A DNA stretch of 64,000 bases from Octopus vulgaris (taxonomy: Eukaryota). The position numbers and the translations under genes are program-made. The notes beneath the pieces were generated by a model that was given only the letters and a program-made list of their open reading frames with translations, had not been told where the DNA came from and ran no database searches. Positions within the stretch are counted from its first letter, which is position 1. Every line of letters begins with the position of its first letter. The stretch spans positions 24,862,001-24,926,000 of the forward strand of contig OX597819.1 of the NCBI GenBank assembly GCA_951406725.2. Direction: 5' to 3'. Positions 25,526 to 38,877 of the stretch are shown one piece after another.

Positions 25526-26622
25526 ACGTTCTGAGATCTAATCATGCCGAAGTCAACTTTGACTTCATCCTTGTGGTTGGGGAGATAACATATTAGACAA
25601 GTACTTGTTCTAATTTAATCGACTATACCCTCCATCTAAATTTAAAACCTTATACTTACCTGAGGGAATTAATAGAATTATAAGTGCATCGGACAAAAAT
25701 GCCTGGCATTATTTGTTCCGGCTTTTACGTTTTATGTTCAAATCCTGTTGAATTCAACTTTGTCTTTCATTCTTCCTGGTTCCTAAATATCCTTTCTATG
25801 CTAGGGACAAGGCCTGAAATTTGGCGGGATTTCATCGACTCCTATAATTTGACTGATACTTATTCTATCAATCCCGATAGACTGAAAGACAAAATCTACC
25901 TACAGGTTTTTAAATATAAGGTTATCCAAATGCTAGAGTCGGCATGGTCGGATTTTCCCTTCGCCTATCTTGACGCTTGTGTCTATGTAAGAACTTGATG
26001 TATTCACGCCTCATCTATTGACTACTTTATTTTCCTTTCTTAATATATGTATCCTGTGTTTCGGCATTAGTGAAGTTGCATTCTTTGAAGAAGTGTCCTT
26101 GTGACCTTGTTAAATTATCTTCGTTGTGAAAATTGTGCCACAATCCATAATTTGAAAATCCATTATCGTACTAGTCGGGTCATTGCTACTTAACTACTCC
26201 CGTGACAGGGCAGTCTCACGCAAATTAATTTATTTCCTCCATCAGCTGTTTGTATATTGTCTATATGTGTATGTGTAAGCTTGTTGTGTGGTTTTCTTGC
26301 CCTCGAACGGGGAACATACAAACTGCCATAATTGTTAAAGAAAAAAAAAAAGGTATTTTATTACCAAATATGGTAAGCAATACTTTCTAAATGGTTTTGA
26401 CATATGAGAAAAATTTTACGATTTTACGTCCACCCCCAACCCTATCAAATATATTTTCTCTTTAACCCCGTTTTCTTTCTTTTTCATTTTCTTTTCTACT
26501 CTTATTCTTTCCTTTTCTTTTCACTTATTTGATATATTTATATCAAGATGTATATATGTATGTATGTATGTATGTATTAATAATAATGAAATTGTGTGTG
26601 TGTATGTGTGTGTTGTGTGTGT

Positions 26623-26653
<31 letters not shown>

Positions 26654-27745
26654 GTGCGCGCAAATACCAGAAATTCAAGACCTGAATCTCCAGATACTCT
26701 CTGAAATAAGTGTGTCCAAAAGAGTTTTACATCTGTCTTCATTTAACCCACTTTTACACACCTTCCTACCCACCCAAGCGCATGCGTGCACACACACACA
26801 CACACACTCACACACACACACACACTCACACACACACACACACACACTCATACAGACACACACATCGAGATACATGTGTGCGGTACATTAAATGCTAAAT
26901 TCAGACAGATTATGATATTCAGTGGAACATTTTTTTTGCCATGGAATTAAAAAGGAAAGATTCAAAAACAGAGAGAAGCAACATTTTTATGTTAAAGTCT
27001 ATTATATTATATCAGGCTTGCCTATCCTTCCCCAGACAGTCACTCGCGCGCGCGAATCTGTGAAAGCGCATCCATTATATATATATATATATATATATAT
27101 ATTCTGGTCTTGTGGGAGATCGGGCGATATAATATTTTTATGTCTCGTAATAAGAATGGCCGATTCAAATTGTATTTATCTTTTGCGTAAATCTCAATTA
27201 TTCTACGAACGATGAAAAGAGACGAAGCTTAACGGTGTTGACAATTTGTTTTATTCACAGATCCTCTTATTGTCCGTTTTGTCTCTTAAAATTTCCAGTT
27301 TTTCTTTCGGAGGCGGGGTGGCGATGGTAATGATGAGGGTGGAGGTGTTATGGTTATAACACCTTGTCTGAGGCGTTATACTAAACTAAAGCTTTTTTTT
27401 TTTTAGGTATTTATTTTTTTCGTTTATTTCTGCCATTCGTAAGAGTTCTATCTTTAGTCAAGACGTTCTTTATTCAGTGGAGAAACCAGTTCGCTTTATT
27501 TTATTTTAATCTTTTTTTTTTTAAAGTTCAGCTTTCCCTGGATCATCTGTTCTCTTCAGGTAATATCTCTGTCTGTTTGTATAACAGCCACCTGTTGCTT
27601 TTCCTTTTTTACATTTTTCTCATTTTCTGAGGAATGATTATCAGCCGAATCGTCGAGACTTTCCCTTTTTAAGCATTAAATTAATACATTTTCTAAAACT
27701 CATGCCGTATGTTTGTCTTCTTTTTGTGTTTATTGCTTAGCACTC

Positions 27746-27787
<42 letters not shown>

Positions 27788-27947
27788 ATATCGTTTGTGT
27801 GGATGTGTGTGTGTATACACATGCACACACACTGATAATGCCTGATGAGGTAGAATATTTACATTTACCTCTCTGTTAGCAGTTTTTAGGCTTCTTAGTC
27901 TTTTATCAGAGAAAAAACACTTACCTCCTGTCCATGTGATGATTAGT

Positions 27948-28331
27948 CGTGATACTCCGTCAGTTACGACGACGAGGGTTCCAGTTGATCCGATCAGCTG
28001 AACAGCCTGCTCTTGATATTAACGAGCAAGTGGCTGAGCGCTCCATTGACACGTGTACCCTTAACGTAGTTCTCAGAGAGATTCAGCATAACACAGAGTG
28101 TGACAAGGCTGGACCTTTGAAATACAGGTACAATAGAAACAGGAAGAAAGAGGGAGAGAAAGTTGTGGCGAAAGAGTACAGCAGGGTTCGCCACCTCTCA
28201 CCCTCTACCGGAGACTCGTGGAGCTCTAGGTGCTTTTGCTAAAACACTCACAACGCTCAGTCTGGGAATCGAAACCATGATCCTATAACCATGAGTCTGT
28301 TGCCCTAACCACTGGGACATTGCGCCTCCAC
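27948..28331 (-). mobile_element. SINE family C, CpG-decayed
   Basis: Reverse complement of the C sequence; TSD tgatgattagt at 27937-27947 and 28332-28342. Confidence 0.9.
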
Positions 28332-28631
28332 TGATGATTAGTAATACATAGCTATTTATAGTGTATTCAAACTAGGACTCAGCTAAACTGCTCAGTCTAA
28401 TTTGCATAACAGTGTATGTTTTGACAGCAAGAATTAATACATAGAGTACTGTACAACATCTTATAAATAATTTCACATTGAAGGTATATCTGTTTTCATT
28501 TACAGAGCAAATAAACTGTGAAACCATAAGATATTTTAATGTTCTTTTTCTCCCATATGACTTACCAACAAAGTATCAAATCTACATAGGACACAGATTC
28601 ATACACACACACACAATGTGTGTGTGTGTGT

Positions 28632-29075
28632 ATCTTTTACTTACTGGTTTTGGGCATTAGATTGCAGTGTTGCTAGAGCACTTTTTTGAAGAATCTTTAA
28701 TCAAATGAGTCAACTCCAGTACACTTTATAAAGCCTGGTACTTATTCTATCAGTCTCTTTTACAGAACTGATAAGCTGTGGGGATGTAAATGCACCAACA
28801 CCAGTTGTCAAGCGGTGGTGACAGGAGAAACACACACACACACACATGCACTCAGATCTACAAATGTATATATATATATATGTGTGTGTGTGTTTGTGTG
28901 TGTATATATATATATGTATGCATGTATATATTTGATTGGCTTCTTTCAGTTTCTGTCTACCAAGTCCACTTACAAGGCTTTGCTCAGCCTGAGGCTATAC
29001 AAGGCACACACCTTAGGTGCCCATAGTGGGAACCCAGAACCATGTGGTTGGGGAGCCAACTTCTTAAACCCCTGC
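28632..29075 (-). mobile_element. SINE family A, decayed
   Basis: Recognisable tail, body and head with many CpG to TpG/CpA changes. Confidence 0.75.
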
Positions 29076-29210
29076 ACACTTTGGGATCACATAACACTAG
29101 TCAGCCTGAAGCTATGGTGCAACACAATTGCACAATTGACCATACAACAGGACTGAACTTGGAACCATGAGGCTGAATAGAGAACATTGTCAGCTATATA
29201 TATATATATA

Positions 29211-29372
29211 GGTGCAGTCATGGCTGTGAGGTAAGAAGCTTGCTTCCCAACCACATGGTTCCGGATTCAGTTCCACTGCATGGCACCTTGGACAAATGTA
29301 TTCTACTATAGCCTTGGACTGACCAAAGCCTTGTGAGAGGATTTGGTAGATGCAAACTAAAAGAAGCCCATC

Positions 29373-29424
<52 letters not shown>

Positions 29425-29650
29425 ATGTGTGAGTGTGCTTTTATATCTGTGCTTGTCCTCCACTACTGATTGACAACTGGTGTTGATGTGTTTATGTCCC
29501 TGTACCTAGCAGTTCAGCAAAGAGACACCGATAGAATGAGTAACAGGCTTTAAAAAAGAGAAGATAAGCTCTGGGGTTGATTTGCTCAAGTAAAACCCTT
29601 CAGGGCAATGCCCCAGCATGGCCACAGTCAAATGACTGAAAGAATAGAAG
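29211..29650 (+). mobile_element. SINE family A
   Basis: ggtgcagtcatggctgtgaggtaagaagcttgc...ccccagcatggccacagtcaaatgactgaa. Confidence 0.85.
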
Positions 29651-30289
29651 AATATCTGTACTTTAACACAATCAATCTTGACCAGATTATGCCATCTAAA
29701 CTATGACTAGTGCTTTGTTTTCTTATAGAAATTGTAGGATGTAGCCAACCTTATCTGAATGCAAAGCCCCATATATGCCTTCTGTTAATGTTAATGCAAG
29801 GAGACATGTATGCAAAAGTAATTTCATGGTCGATATACTTTGTATATTGAGAAGGGTAAATGTGTATTAGAGTGGAACAGTGAGTACATGAAACATCAAC
29901 ACTGGAACCGTATTATCTTGCATGCTATCATTATGTTTATTCTATCAACTCACCTATGTGTGTGTGTTTGTGTGTGTTGTCAGTGCTGTTTAGTCCCAGG
30001 TAAAACTTTTAACAAACCTATGATCAAAAGCTTTCCACTCAGGATCATCCTGTCTTTACATTACTGTAACTAATAAATTGGAAGTGTTTGATTTGAGGTA
30101 GATTTAGCTATTGCTTCTGGCAAGTTGAGTGACCAGTCAGTGGCCTCACTGGCTCAAGTGCATGTCTGCATGTGAATATGCATGTGGATGATTGCATACT
30201 CTGAGAATTTTTCCTTTAAGGTTTTATTATTGTTCCCTTTTTTCCAACACTAGCAATTTTGCCAGCATATCAATAATAATAATAATAAC

Positions 30290-31720
30290 AGTGGTTTCAA
30301 ATTTTGCCACAAGGGCAGCTGTTTTGGGGAAAGTGATTAGTTGATTACATCAACCCCAGTGTTTCACTGGTACCTAATTCATTGACCTCGAGAAGATAAG
30401 GAAAATTGACCTTGGTGGAATTTGAACTCAGAAATTAGCGACAGGCGACATACCGCTAAGCATTTTCTCTGGCGTGCTCACGATTCTGCCAGCTTGCCAC
30501 CTTGGATAATAATAGTAATAATCTTTTCTACAATAGGTACAAGGCCTGAAATTGGAACAGGGGGATAGTCAATTACATCGCCGCCCTCCCCGCTGATAGG
30601 ATGAAAGGCAAAGATGACCTTGGCAGAACTCAGAACATAAAGATAGAGAAATAATAATAATAATAGCAAGAGCACTCAGAGAATGCAAACCTCCACCAAG
30701 GCAACACCAATGTCCTCTCAATAATTAGCCAGGGATGATTTTTAAGATGAGAATATCTGTAATAAACTCGAATGCTCTCACAAACAAGAATGCTAAAAAT
30801 GAACCTGACCACTCTCAAAAATAAAGTAAAAAAACAGAAAAATAGTCCAGTATCTTTGTTTGGTACCAGATTGATACCAAAATCTAATCACTTTGTGCCA
30901 GTCACAAGGCCAAACATCCCTGAAAGTTTTATCTGAATCTGTCCTGTGGTTCTTGAGATATCTTGTCCTTGGGCAAACAAACAAGCACAACTGAAAACAA
31001 TTCCTCTGCCTTCACTAAGGTGGAAGTAATAATGATAATAATAATAATAATAATAATTAATAATCCTTTCTACTGTAGGCACAAGGCCTGAAATTTGGGG
31101 GAAGGGATTAAGTTGGTTACATTGACCTCAGTGCATAACTGGTACTTATTTAATCGATCCTTTCAGGATAAAAGGCAAAGTCAAACCTAGTGGAATTTGA
31201 ACTCTGAATGTAGTGACAGATGAAATACTACTAAGCCTTTCACCTAGCGTGCTAACGATTCTGCTAGCTTGCCACCTTAAATGATATTAATAATATCCCT
31301 TTCCAATATAGGCACAAGGACTGAAATTTTGCGAAGGGGGATAGTTTATTGCATGTCTGCTGTTTATTTTATTGACTCCAAAAAAGGATGAAAGATAAAG
31401 TCAGACTTGGCAGAATTTGAACCCAGCATGTAAAGAGCTATAAAAAAAGCCCTCCAAGTATTTTGTCCAACTCGCTAATGATTCTACCTGCTCACCACCT
31501 TTTTTTTAACTATGTTGATAGTTCTTTCTTCTATAAGTATGAGCTTGAAATTTGGAAGCGCTCAGCTGGTAATTATTTTATCAACCGCCCCCCCCCCTCA
31601 AATGAAAGGCAGGCAAAGTTGGCCTTGGCAGAGTTTCAACCCAGAACCTTAAAAGCTGTAAAAAAATGCTGCTAAGCATTTTGTCTGACTTGCTAACAAT
31701 TCTACCAGCTCTCCGCCTTA
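30290..31720 (-). mobile_element. Head-to-tail array of about five SINE family B copies separated by (TAA)n
   Basis: B cores at ~30290-30505, 30520-30640, 31060-31280, 31295-31500 and 31520-31720. Confidence 0.75.
30665..31030 (-). mobile_element. HINE/DINE-1-like (Helentron-associated) element
   Basis: Subterminal repeat acctccaccaagg near one end, terminal hairpin cctctgcctt-cact-aaggtggaag at the other, stem-loop gagcactcagagaatgc; inserted in (TAA)n. Confidence 0.6.
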
Positions 31721-31957
31721 ATGATAATGATGGTGATGGTGATGATGATGATGATGAGTGTTCTATGACAATAAAAGAAATTGGTAAAAGACTGCATTCA
31801 GAATAAGCAAGACGGTGTGTGAATGAAATGTAGGTGTGTATGTGTGTGACTGTGTATTTATGTTTGTGTGTGTATAATATATATATGTATGTATGTGTAT
31901 ATATATATATACATACATATATACATACATATATGTATATATATATATATATATATA

Positions 31958-32270
31958 TGAAGGTGCATGGCTCACTGGTTAGTGTCGAGCTTACAATCGT
32001 GAGGTTGTGAGTTCGAATCCTAGACCAGGCTGCGTGTTGTGCTCTTGAGCAAAACACTTTATTTTACATTGCTCCAATTCACTCGCTAACTGTAGAAATG
32101 AGTTGTGACGTCATTGGTACCATGCTGTATTGGCCTTTGCATTTCCCTTGGATAACACTGGTGGCATGGGAGACTGCTGGTCTTCCGTAAACATCCCTGC
32201 CCAGACTTGTGCCTGGGAGGGTAACATTCTAGGTGCAATCCCATGGTCATTCATGACCGTAGAGGGTCTC
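31958..32270 (+). mobile_element. tRNA-derived SINE family D
   Basis: A-box tggctcactggtt, B-box gttcgaatcc, CORE-like tgtgctcttgagcaaaacactt; a second copy lies at 46741-47088 (minus). Confidence 0.8.
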
Positions 32271-32688
32271 AGCATATATATATACATACACATATATGTA
32301 TATGTGTGTGCATCCATATGTATATGTGAATGTATATGTATATATATATACAAGAGAATAATTTTATAACTTCGTTAAACTGAAAAGCAATTTTGTTAAA
32401 CTGAAGAACAAAAATAAAAATAAAAATAGGACTTCAGCTGGAAGTGCTCAGGTGACACTGAGGCGAAAGGAGAAATAAATTGAAACGTATAATGAAGAAA
32501 CACTCCAGTTGGTCAAAACAACTTTATATCATTCCCAAATTATCAAAAACCAAATATGAATATATATTAAAACAATAGGGTCGCCAATGGTAAAACCTAA
32601 CAATATAAAATATACACATATACATGAATAAAAGGTGATAAAACCTAAAAGGGTAAGTCGAATGAAGAAAAATATAGGGAATAATTAA

Positions 32689-33076
32689 TCTTCTCTCTCT
32701 ATATAAACGGCAGTTTGTCTGTGTGTGTTTCTGTGTGTCTGTTAGGTTGTACCCTCACCCTGACCACTGCTTTCAACCGATTCTGATGAAACTTGACACA
32801 CACATAGCCCAATGTCATAATTCAAAACTAACGCAGCGAAAATTTTGAAAAGTTCCCCCAGTTCTGAAAAAAATCGATAAATTCGACATGGGGTCGAGAA
32901 TCAGAAACACAAACCACAGACTGTCTAGGGGACGCAACTCGACCCTTTTTAACTCTCAAAAAAAAATTTACCATCATTTTTTTCCATTTTTTTGCTATTT
33001 TTTGGCTATAACTCTCTAAAAATGCTTTATAGTTATTTCCCTTACAAACCCGAGCAACGCCGGGCGATACTGCTAG
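32689..33076 (+). mobile_element. Non-autonomous Helitron
   Basis: Inserted between A and T; 5' TC; 3' hairpin cccgagcaacgccggg followed by CTAG; no TSD. Confidence 0.85.
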
Positions 33077-34042
33077 TGTATAATAAAGGCGACTAAAAGA
33101 TTAAGGCAATGGCGCTAAAATAACGTAAATATATAAAAATGCGAGAATTAAAAGATAAAAAATAAAGTGTAAGGCAACTAGGATGGTCCATTCAACCCCA
33201 TCTCTACAATCGTTTCAAAGGATGCTGCTTCACATCGTTAATGTACAGAGTGAGGATATAAAATTCTTGGCATCTGTGTGTGTGTGTGTGTGAATACATA
33301 TATCTATAAATGCATACATACATGACTATTATGTGTATTTCTGAAAAATTATTAATCTAAAGCACAGCTGTGATGATAGTTTATCTTGTTAATTTAACCT
33401 GCAACCACCATCCGTATCTCTGTTGCCTTGTATTTTGATTTGTTACCAATACTTAATCTCCACATCCTTCATTTCTTCAGTTACTGGGATTTCACCGTAT
33501 ATCCCCCCACCCCCCCGCTGCCACAAATTTATACATATACAAGTTAACATTTTAGCAGTGACATGGGCTTTTATATGTAATGATTATTTTTTTTTTTTTT
33601 GTAGGAGGAGTAAGGGATAAATGGTGAAATACTGAAATACATAGAGTGGAGGGGCTAAATGTGTGAGAAAAGTTTTAGAACCATAAATATAAAAACTGCC
33701 TCATTGGTGCAGGAGTAGCTTGCTTACCAACCACATAGTTCTGGGTTCAGTCCTACTGCGTGGCACCTTGGGCAAGTGTCTTCTACTATAGTCTCGGGCT
33801 GACCAAAGTCTTGCGAGTTAGGATGTAACAGTTTTCAGTGAAGCAGCAGTCTCAGAAAAATTGAAGATTATCAGCATCTTTCTCAAAGAACTTATTCAAA
33901 ATATAGGGAAATTGTGAATGTGTGTGGGGGTGGGGGTGGAGAGGAGAAGGGTGTATATATCTGTTCCAAGTTGTAGGGTATTGTTTTCCACCTTGATATC
34001 ACACTTTTCGTAGGGGCACATCTTCATGGCTAAGTCACAGGC

Positions 34043-34414
34043 TCTCTCTTTTACTTGTTTCAGTCATTTGACTGTGGCCATGCTGGATCACCACCTTTAA
34101 TCGAGCAACTCGACCCCGGGACTTATTCTTTGTAAGCCCAGCACTTATTCTATCGGTCTCTTTTGCCGAACCGCTAAGTTACGGGGACATAAACACACCA
34201 GCATCGGTTGTCAAGCAATGCTAGGGGGACAAACACAGACACACAAACACACACACATACATATATACGATGGGCTTCTTTCAGTTTCCGTCTACCAAAT
34301 CCACTCACAAGGCTTTGGTCGACCCAAGGCTATAGTAGAAGACACTTGCCCAAGGTGCCACGCAGTGGGACTGAACCCGGAACCATGTGGCTGGTAAACA
34401 AGCTACTTACCACA
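34043..34414 (-). mobile_element. SINE family A
   Basis: Reverse-complement full body. Confidence 0.9.
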
Positions 34415-35443
34415 TGTAACTTTTATTAACACTTTCTCTTAACCTGTTAAAAGAATGCTGGGTACTGTTGATACATAAGTGTGTGTGTGTGTGTGTGTGT
34501 GTGCATGCACGCATGTTTCTGTGTGTGTATATATACACACTGCAAATAAGTAACAGTTTTTAAGAAGTGTATGTACACATTTATATACATCATGCGTATC
34601 TGTATATATGATCTGCTCCACACTCACATACACACACACACACACACACAACACACACACACACACACATATATATAATTGTGTGTGTTGTGATATTTGT
34701 TTATATGACTGATTGTCACATAAACTATTCTTTTAGTAATTGAAAATTCACAGCATATCATACAAGAATAGCTTTAAAGTAAGCAGAGCAGAAAGTTAGG
34801 TCTATGGGAGAGCTGAGATGAAATGTAGCAGGGACTTGGATTTTTTTTTTTTTTTTTTTTTTAAAAGGGGGCTGGAAATTTGGTCTGTCTTTCTTCTCCA
34901 CCCTACTGTCATTAGTTTATTCTTCAAAGAACCCTCCTTTAACAACTGCTCAGTCAACACAAATTATCTTCCAGGTGGATTTGTTTAGATTTGATCCTCC
35001 CCCTTACAACCAGCTCTTGGCCTTTCCACTATTGTGGCCAATGAATGACTTTGCTATAGAATGGAAGAGATAAATTATACAAGACAAGACCAGACCATAC
35101 TCTTGCCTCTACTGTAGCCCCCATGTGCAATAAGGCTTTGGGCTGATATGAGAGTTGGTATTGAATGTGGGTATGGGTATTTTAAAATTTCATCTCATTT
35201 AAGTTGCTAACGTTATTGACAAAAGCATGAACATCACACAATTTCATACTCCATTTTCTGTGTATGAAATTATAATCATTATTCCACAATGATTAAACTT
35301 TGTTGGATTTTGTCACTCTTAATTTGCTAGCATAATTGTTGTTTTAGCTTTGTGTTAATCTTGATCAGAGACACCATTTCATATGTTTTTTTTTTTACAC
35401 ATTTTATATCTAAAAATTTATAGTATATCTAGGAGTAATTGCT

Positions 35444-35855
35444 GGCATGACTATGTGGTTGAGAAGAGTACTTCCCAACCACCATTTGGTTTCAGGTTCA
35501 GTTCCACTGCATGACACCTTGTGCATGTGTCATCTATGATCCCAGCCTGATCAAAGCTCTGTAAATGGATTTGGTAGATGGAAGCTGAAAGAACCTGTCG
35601 TATGTGTGTTTGTGTATTTCTATGTATGTATGAATAAATGTATGTTTGTGTCTTCTAGGCTTAACATCGTACGATTGTTGTAAATGAATTTCATTCATTT
35701 CCAATATTCTGCAAAAACATGTCTGACCACGAGGAAATATTATCTTGCTTGGAAACAAGTGAAGGTTAGCAAGAGAAAGGGTATCCAACTGTAGAAAATT
35801 TGCTTCAGTAACCTCCAACTGATCCATGCAAGCATGGAAAAATAGGCATTAAAAT
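35444..35855 (+). mobile_element. SINE with family A head and RTE-derived tail
   Basis: A-type head and body to ~35600; tail gaaagggtatccaactgtagaaa...atccatgcaagcatggaaaaataggcattaaaat matches the 3' end of the RTE at 51494-52199. A related fragment lies at 54085-54345. Confidence 0.7.
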
Positions 35856-36005
35856 AAATATTAAAAAAGTGTTATCTAGGAATTCTCTTTCTTGAATCCT
35901 TTTCTTGAAAGTTTGTCCCTTTGACCATGGCCACACTGAAGCACAATATCAAAGGGTTTTTTGTTGTTTGATCCTGGGTCTTTGACTGGTACTTAGTTCC
36001 TCAAT

Positions 36006-36206
36006 CTCTTTTACTTGTTTCAGTCATTTGACTGTGGCATTGCTGGAGCACTGCCTTTAGTTGAGCAAATTGACCCCAGGACTTATTTTTGTAAGCCTAG
36101 TCCTTATTCTATCAGTCTCTTTTGCCAAACTGCTAAGTTACAGGGACGTAAACACACCAGCATCGGTTGTCAAGCGATGTTGGTGGGGACAAACACAGAC
36201 ACACTA

Positions 36207-36259
<53 letters not shown>

Positions 36260-36434
36260 GACATATATACAATGGGCTTTTTTTCAGTTCCCATCTACCA
36301 AATCCATTCACAAGGCTTTGGTCAGCCTGAGGCTAAAGTAGAAGACACTTGCCCAAGGTGCCACGCAATGGGATTGAACCCGGAACCATGTTGTTGGTAA
36401 GCAAGCTACTTACCACACAACCACTCCTATGCCC
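36006..36434 (-). mobile_element. SINE family A
   Basis: Reverse-complement copy with CpG decay. Confidence 0.85.
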
Positions 36435-36570
36435 ATCTCATGAGATATGAAATGGAAAAAGGTGATAACTTGAGTGGGCATAAATACTGCCAAGTATTTT
36501 GACTCTATTAAGAATATTGAGTGCCCCTGTCACTATATGTACTACAGTTAGCCTTAAAATTCCTTTAAAG

Positions 36571-36716
36571 CAGCTATGGGCAAACTGCAGTCTGTGGGAC
36601 TTTCTGATAAGCACACCAACAAAAATTACTTATTTGAATGTTTTAGTAGTGTAGCCCACCTGATGATGAACAATGTCTGATGTGGCTTGCTTCTCAAAAA
36701 AGGTTGCCCATGTCTA
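36571..36716. mobile_element. Possible hAT-type MITE
   Basis: Ends cagctatgggcaaact... and ...aggttgcccatgtcta are imperfect inverted repeats. Confidence 0.4.
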
Positions 36717-36788
36717 CTCTAAAATAACAACCTGAATAGTAACATATATATATGTACACACACATATATACACACATACATACATACA

Positions 36789-37362
36789 TCATCATTATCA
36801 TCATCATCATTTAATGTTCTTTGTCCATGTTGGCATGGGTTGGACGCTTTGACCAGGGCTGACATGCTGGAAGGCTACACCAGACTCCAGTCTGATTTGG
36901 TATGGTTTCTACAGCTGGATGCCCTTCCTAATGCCAACCACTCCGAGAGTGAAATGGGTGCTTTTACGTACCACTAGCATGGGTGCTATTTGTATGATGC
37001 CAGTATCTGCCACGACTATGATTTTGCTTGGCTTGATGGGTCTTCTTCTCAAGCACGACATAATGCCAAAGGTCTGTCATTCGTCATTGCCTCCATGAAG
37101 CCCAACACTCAAAAGGTGCTTTTCACATGCCACCAGCATTGACTACCCTACCTCTGTGAGGCCCAATGCTCAAATGGTGCTTCTTACATGCCACCAGCAT
37201 GGGTGCCAGTTATGTGACACCAGCAACTATGATTTTACTTCGCTTGATGGCTCTGCTCAAGCACAGCATATTGCCAAAGGTCTTTGTCACTAGTCTTTCC
37301 CTCCAGGAGGCCCAAAGTTTGAAGATCATGCTTCACCACCTCGTCTCATGTTTCACCACCTC
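36789..37362 (-). mobile_element. RTE LINE 3' fragment
   Basis: (CAT)n tail and tttctacagctggatgcccttcctaatgccaacc; homologous to 51494-52199. Confidence 0.8.
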
Positions 37363-38259
37363 ATATTTATATGATGTGTGCACATACACTTGTATGAAAG
37401 GCTACTGCCTAGATTTCTTCATTGTGTTTCACTCACAAAGTATTAATCTACAAAGACTATTGTTGAAAACAATTCCCCAAAGTGCTGCACAGTAGGATCA
37501 AACCTGGATCCATGTAGTTTCAAAATGTATTTCTTAACCATATGTCTATGCATAAGACTCCTCTCTTTAAATGCCAGTTTCGAAAGCCATTCTATTACTG
37601 AATTTACACAAATGATTGCTAAATATTAATGTTGGGAAGTAGATGGTCATAAGCTCCATCTTTACTACAGTCATCATTATGTTGAGTTGTATGGCAATGC
37701 ATACTTCCTTATTTTGCTAACGAGGGTGCCTCTACATAGATGTTTGGCCTTCTAGAAATAGCAGGTATATCTCTTTTATATCACATCCTCTCATCTTCGA
37801 GAAAAAGTTGCACAATGGATAATGTAGTCCTGAATGCAGTCTGCCTAGAGAAAAAGGCATGATAGTCATGACTGGAATATCTTTAATCAAAGTTGACCAA
37901 GAGCTAAATAATAACAAAAACCACCTTCTGATAAGTTCCTCCACTCCTACTTCACATCAGCAGATATGAAGTGCATCCAGCTATAAAAACAATTTCTCAA
38001 CCAAGAAATTGCCTCTGGTTGTAGATGAGTAAGTAGGTGTGTGCAACTGAAACAACGCATTGGGAATGTTTTTGGCTTTTGTTATGTGATTGAGATTTAT
38101 TGTTAAAGCAATAAGGCGTTTCATTCACCAGAACGCTTAACCTCGTCTACTTGTCTGTCAGTCTCTCCCATGCTTGTCTCTGTTTATCTCTCCTACATTT
38201 GTCTCTGTCTATTATTCTATATTTGTCTGTTAGTCTGTCTAACCACCTCTTTTCTATAT

Positions 38260-38480
38260 ATATTTCTTTACTGCCCACAAGGGGCTAAACATAGAGGGGA
38301 CAAACAAGGACAAAGGAATCACAATGACCCCAGTTGCAAAACTGGTACTTTATTTATCGACCCTGAAAGGATGAAAGGCAAAGTCGACCTCGGCGGAATT
38401 TGAACTCAGAACATAACGACAGATGAAATACCGCTAAACATTTCGCCTGGCGCGCTAACGTTTCTGCCAGCTCGCCACCT
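38260..38480 (-). mobile_element. SINE family B, tail type B1
   Basis: Reverse-complement B core plus tail tttctttactgcccacaaggggctaaac; flanked by a tttttctatatatat duplication. Confidence 0.85.
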
Positions 38481-38877
38481 TTTTTCTATATATATTAGGC
38501 ATAGGCATGGCTGTGTGGTAAGAAGCTTGCTTCCCAACCACATGGCTCTGAGATCAGTTTCACAGTACGGCACCTTGGGCAAGTGTCTTCTGCTATAGAC
38601 TCTTCTAAAAGATAAAAGATGTGCATCCAGTTAGTGTTCATGTATGTGGGTGTATCTAGCCATCATGTCTGTCTGTCTGTCAATCAATCAATCAATCTCC
38701 TATCTGTCTGTTTATGCATCTTTATTACTACTTACCAGCTGTTCCGTGTCTATGCTCATCAAACTGTTTTCTGTCACCAGCTGGTAGTTCTTCTCTCTAT
38801 CTATCTATCGCTCTCCTTTCTTTATCTATGTCTGTCTTTGTTTCTGTCTCCTCTTTATTTTTCTAGTTATTGCTCTT

